Shown: in pieces, positions 16,101 to 20,000 of the stretch
Layout: the number at the start of each line of letters is the position of its first letter
How positions within the stretch are numbered: position 1 is the stretch's first letter
Source: Rhizaria sp. SCN 62-66
Taxonomy: Eukaryota
NCBI GenBank assembly: GCA_001724265.1
Contig: MEDY01000030.1
Location: forward strand, 108,595 to 128,594
Length of the DNA stretch: 20,000 nucleotides
Reading direction: 5' to 3'
The notes under the pieces: model-generated
Databases searched by the model: none
What the model was told of the DNA's origin: nothing
The model's input: the letters and a program-made list of their open reading frames with translations, nothing else
Translations under genes and position numbers: made by a program

Positions 16101-19100
16101 CAATCACATACCGCCGCGACTGGCGCTGCTGAGACGGCCACGGAGTTTACGCAGACTCACGCGTACGCCGACGCAGCGCGTGCGCCCAACGCAAACGCTG
16201 GACTCCCACTTTAGCGGCCCTACAACTTGCCCAGCCACCAGCGTTCACAGTCGCTTTCTCACGGCAACACGAGCAATGCGGCAGCCGCCGCTGCGGCGGC
16301 CCAGGCCGCGGCCGCTGCACTGCGCTCACAGTCTCAGCTCCCGTCGGGGTTACACTCGCAACTACACTCGATCGCGCCCTCGCCGGCCGTTTCCGCCTCT
16401 GCCGCCGTCGCGCCCACCGTCGCCGCGACGGCTGCGGTGACTGAGGCGCCGTCGGGCACTGCGGCGCTGGACGCGTTTCTGAACATGAACATGAACATGA
16501 GCCAGAACGTGAGCGCGAACATGAGCGCAGCTGCAGGGAAAGCGAACACAAACGCTGCTGGGGGCGACGGAGCTGTTCTGGCCCCGCTCGTGGCAGCTGC
16601 ACTGAGTCAGCTGCAGACGCAGCAGTCGTTGTTGCTGCACGTGTTGGAGCGACAGGACCGCATTCTACTGCCGAATACTGCCGCTAGCGTGAATAACACT
16701 GCGCACAATACGGTGGTTGAGGCAGAAGTCAAGCCGCATCTGCTTCAGGTTAAGACACCAGTAAAGGAACGCACACCTGCACCCTCGCCCAAAGCACAGT
16801 CTTCATCTGTTCACGCATCCCCTGCTCCTGTCGCGGTGCCTGCTGTCGCTGACGCACGCAGTGCAAAGCTGTCGCTGCCGCTTCCGCTCACTCCGGCATC
16901 TGCATACGCCTTTGCACACGGCCATGACAGCAAGCGTAGCTTCAACTTTGCACCTGCACCTGCTATTGCTGAATCGCCCGCTGCGACTGCTGCTCCGGCC
17001 GCGCTCGCAGTGCCCTCGGCTCCCGTCTCCACAGCGCCCTCCCCTAGGGCCTCTGCTTCCCCAGCTGCTGCAGGCGCGGCGACACAGCCAAACGCTGCGG
17101 GGGGCCGGCCGCATCACCCTGCGTTCCGTTCCCCTTTGTCGCCTTCAGCGGCTGAGCGCGAGCGCCAGCGCGACCGCGAGGAGCAGCTGAGGCTGCAACA
17201 GCTGCAGCAGCTGCAGCTGCAGCGTGCCGGCGACAGCGAGGAACAGAGCTCGCGGCTGCAGAGTGACCGCGAGTCTGAGCTCGGCGGCTTGACAAGCGAC
17301 GACGAACGCGGCCAAACTTTCCTTGCGCTCGTCGACGATGACGTTGCTGACTCCAGTGACGACGACGCTTACTCGCGTTTTGCTCGCAAGAATGAGCCGC
17401 GCAATGCGCCCAGTGCGAAGAACAGCAGCTCGCGTCACAGCGCTGCACGCCCCCGTGCGCGCAGCAGTGTCACTACTCCCAGCGTCAGTGCCCGCGCCGG
17501 CCTCCCAGAACTCGAGCCCGTTTCCGATGCCGACGGTTACGATGCTGCGGCGGATGCGGCCGCGGTGGCGGAGCTCTCTGACGTCGCCTCTGACGCTGAC
17601 ACGGACTCAGCTACAGCGCGTCCAGCCTATGCGACTGCGGCAGCGGGCGGCGCTAGTAGTGCAGTGACTGTTGACGCTGCGCAGCTGGATAAGCTTGTAG
17701 CGACGGCGGCGTCGCTGACTGTGTTTTCGGAGCAGGCAACGCGGTCGATCTCGCAGCTTGAGCAGGAGAACGCACGGCTAAAGCAACAGTTACTGTCAAA
17801 CTCGACTGCGACTGAGGCTGGCGGTGCGGTCACCACTGTGAACACTGACTGGAGTAGCAGCGATGTCGACGCTGACGTTGGCGCCAACAACAGCGACGGA
17901 GATGCAAGTGATGATGAATACGGTCGCGCGAACGCTGCTGCTGCAATGTCATCTGCGGCTAACGAGTCTGCAAAGGTCCCGCGACTTGATTTGCCGCAGT
18001 CGCAATCTCCCTCACACGCACTGCCTGCGCTGCCACAGGCTCACGTCATTAACCATCCGTCACATTTGTAGAAATATGCGAACAGCGCGGCGCACCGTTC
18101 ATTCGACAACGACGTCCGCCCTGTTGGTATCTTGACAGACTCGCCCGCTCTGACCGCAATGGACGCCACGCTTGATACAAGCGTTGCCTCCCATAGCACT
18201 GTACGGCGCAACACTGCACACGGTGCAATGCCGCGGTATCAGGTGCCGACCGCTTCTTGGGAGCGTAAACAGCGCATCCGCGAGGCTGCCGCCGCCGCAC
18301 GCGCCGCTGCAGCCGCCGCGACCGCACAGCGGTCCGCAGCGCGCACGCGCTCGCGCTCACAGTCACGGTCACGGTCACGCTCCGGCGCCAGCGGTAGTCT
18401 GTTTGCGCCGGATTCTGCAGTCGCGCTGCCGTTTGTTGCTGGCCGGTCGACGGCGCCGTCGCACTCACTGCCAGTGACACTGCAGACCGTGCTTGCGGCG
18501 TCAACGCCCGTGCCGGCGCCGGAGTTCGCGTCTACCTCTGCGATGTACAGCGTGCAGAGGCGCGGACAGGCCCCTGCGCCGGCCCGACCTGAGGACAGCG
18601 GTGCCAATACAAGGCCAAACTTCGAGACGGGGCGGCCCGTCTTTGAAGATGATGGCGCGTCGTTTGTGAACGCCGTTCCGATGAACGATGTGATCGTGAG
18701 TCAGCACTCACTTGCGCATCCTTTGAACAACAGCACCAGTCGCGACCAGAGCTACACAGAGGCGCAGTCTCAGTTGCAGTCGAACGCAGCTGCGATGCCA
18801 GAGTCATTACAGACACTTGCGCGCGCTATTGCGGCAAAGGAAGCGAAGCTCGCTTCCCGCGTTGCTGAACTGCGCGCTCTGCCCGGTGCCCGCGGCCACC
18901 GCGGTACTGAGACTGAGGCTGACACCGCTGCGTGGGAGCGGGTGCGTGCTTATGATGCACATGTGCGCGCACTTCGCGTTGAGTTGCAGCTGCGCACTCA
19001 GGAGTGGGCTGCGTTGCAGGGTCAGTTCACTCATTCGCAAAGCCACGCAATTATGACTGCAGACGACTACAATGGGCGTGACGGAAATAACGGCGTTTTG

Positions 19101-19703
19101 TATGAGGATGCTGGCAGTGCAAACGCGAGTCACAGCTTTGTGGGCACCAACGCCAGCTTATACTTCCACGGCCACAATGCGCTTAACAGCTCCACAACCG
19201 ATGACCACGCAATGCGCTCGCACGCCCGCGCTCATAGTCACACTTTGCAGCGCGCCGCGCCGCTCGTGCGGTTAGAGTCACCCGCGCGGCTGCGTGTGTT
19301 TGCGACTCCAGCCGATGCCGCTGCAGCAGACGCTGCTGCCGCAGCTGCTGAGCTGAATGCTGTTCACAATGCTTCCGTCGCTGCCACAGAGGCTGCGCGT
19401 GTGAAGGCGTTGCGCTCTGGTCCCGCTGCCATTATCTTCACACCTCAGAATACTAGCAGTGCAGTCAGCACCACAGCTAGCGCAATGGCGTCGCCGTTGC
19501 GTGCTACAAGTCGGCCTGCCTCAAGCTCTGTTGCTCACAGTCACTTGACTGGAGCTGTGTCGGGCAATGGTGGGCTTGGGGTGATGTCCTCGCCGCCGCG
19601 GCGCGCACTGTACCGCAGTCAGGCTGCGGTAGACGCGGGTGAGAAACAGGTGCGCAGTATGCGCGTGATTTCGGAGCTTAAGGCACTGACGAGGCCGCAG
19701 TGA
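13167..19703 (+). CDS. Large hypothetical coiled-coil/intrinsically disordered protein (about 2178 aa), one reading frame containing two in-frame TAG codons (16212-16214, 18069-18071)
   Basis: Track ORFs 13140-16214, 16227-18071 and 18132-19703 are all in the same frame, and the only interruptions are two TAGs. The first ATG is at 13167 (MSYSRDGAQFQTPRG) and the frame ends with TGA at 19701-19703, followed by AT-rich sequence. Ala/Ser/Thr-rich coding composition is continuous throughout. No homolog recognised. Confidence 0.7.
14250..15350 (+). other. Long Ala/Glu/Arg-rich coiled-coil region
   Basis: About 365 residues of almost proline-free, A/E/R-rich helical sequence (e.g. MRELEAAVLRLEREAVAVRAERDQI, VAALEEKLRRAL). 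Shorter coiled coils lie near 17745-17796 and 18810-19020. Confidence 0.8.
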
Positions 19704-19926
19704 AAGCGACATCAATGTTAATTCTACAAGAGATTCACATGGTTAATATAGTTTGTTTTGTGACAAAATACACATTTTCTGACATTGGTTGCGACAAAAC
19801 AAGCGAAGTATCACATCTTTGTGATACGTAGAATGCCATACTTGAAAGGGAACGCGTACACGTGCGATTATTAAGTGCCCATAACACAAATTTTAAAACA
19901 AAGTAGTATGGGGTGGAGCGGACTAT

Positions 19927-19997
19927 AACTCACACGAACAAAAATGAACTATCACATAAGTCATCACAACTCACACGAACAAAAATGAACTATCACA
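19927..19997. repeat. Direct repeat, 2 x 30 nt (AACTCACACGAACAAAAATGAACTATCACA), possibly continuing past the window end
   Basis: Exact copies at 19927-19956 and 19968-19997 separated by 11 nt. The window ends in AACT, the start of the unit. Confidence 0.9.
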
Positions 19998-20000
19998 ACT

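Noticed and set aside
16212-18071. Pyrrolysine or selenocysteine recoding of the internal stops
   Set aside because: Sec uses UGA, not UAG. Pyl is known only from prokaryotes and there are no pyl genes here. The contexts (TAG CGG C, TAG AAA T) also do not match the classic CARYYA readthrough motif.
16215-19703. Treating ORFs 16227-18071 and 18132-19703 as independent genes
   Set aside because: They have TTG pseudo-starts, the same frame as the upstream ORF and no AT-rich UTR or promoter spacer. A single gene is more parsimonious, though not proven.
19927-19997. CRISPR-like repeat-spacer-repeat
   Set aside because: Only two copies, an 11-nt spacer, no palindrome, no cas genes, and a eukaryotic intron-containing context.

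Overview
This is eukaryotic nuclear DNA, probably from a protist. It has very GC-rich, Ala-rich coding sequence separated by short AT-rich intergenic and intronic gaps. There are three genes. (1) A 5'-truncated, apparently intronless >3,690-codon trithorax/MLL (KMT2)-family H3K4 methyltransferase on the + strand (<1-11073), with two PHD clusters, a bromodomain, ePHD, FYRN/FYRC, a WIN motif, SET and post-SET; several domains are split by large low-complexity insertions. (2) A convergent three-exon FabG/CBR4-like short-chain dehydrogenase on the - strand (12839-11429), with a probable mitochondrial presequence. (3) A divergent ~2,180-codon coiled-coil/low-complexity reading frame (13167-19703). 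The ORF track splits it into three ORFs, but it is a single frame interrupted only by two TAG codons (16212, 18069). All three confident gene ends are TAA or TGA, so the most interesting hypothesis is that UAG is read as a sense codon. Small introns, nonsense alleles and sequencing error remain open alternatives.
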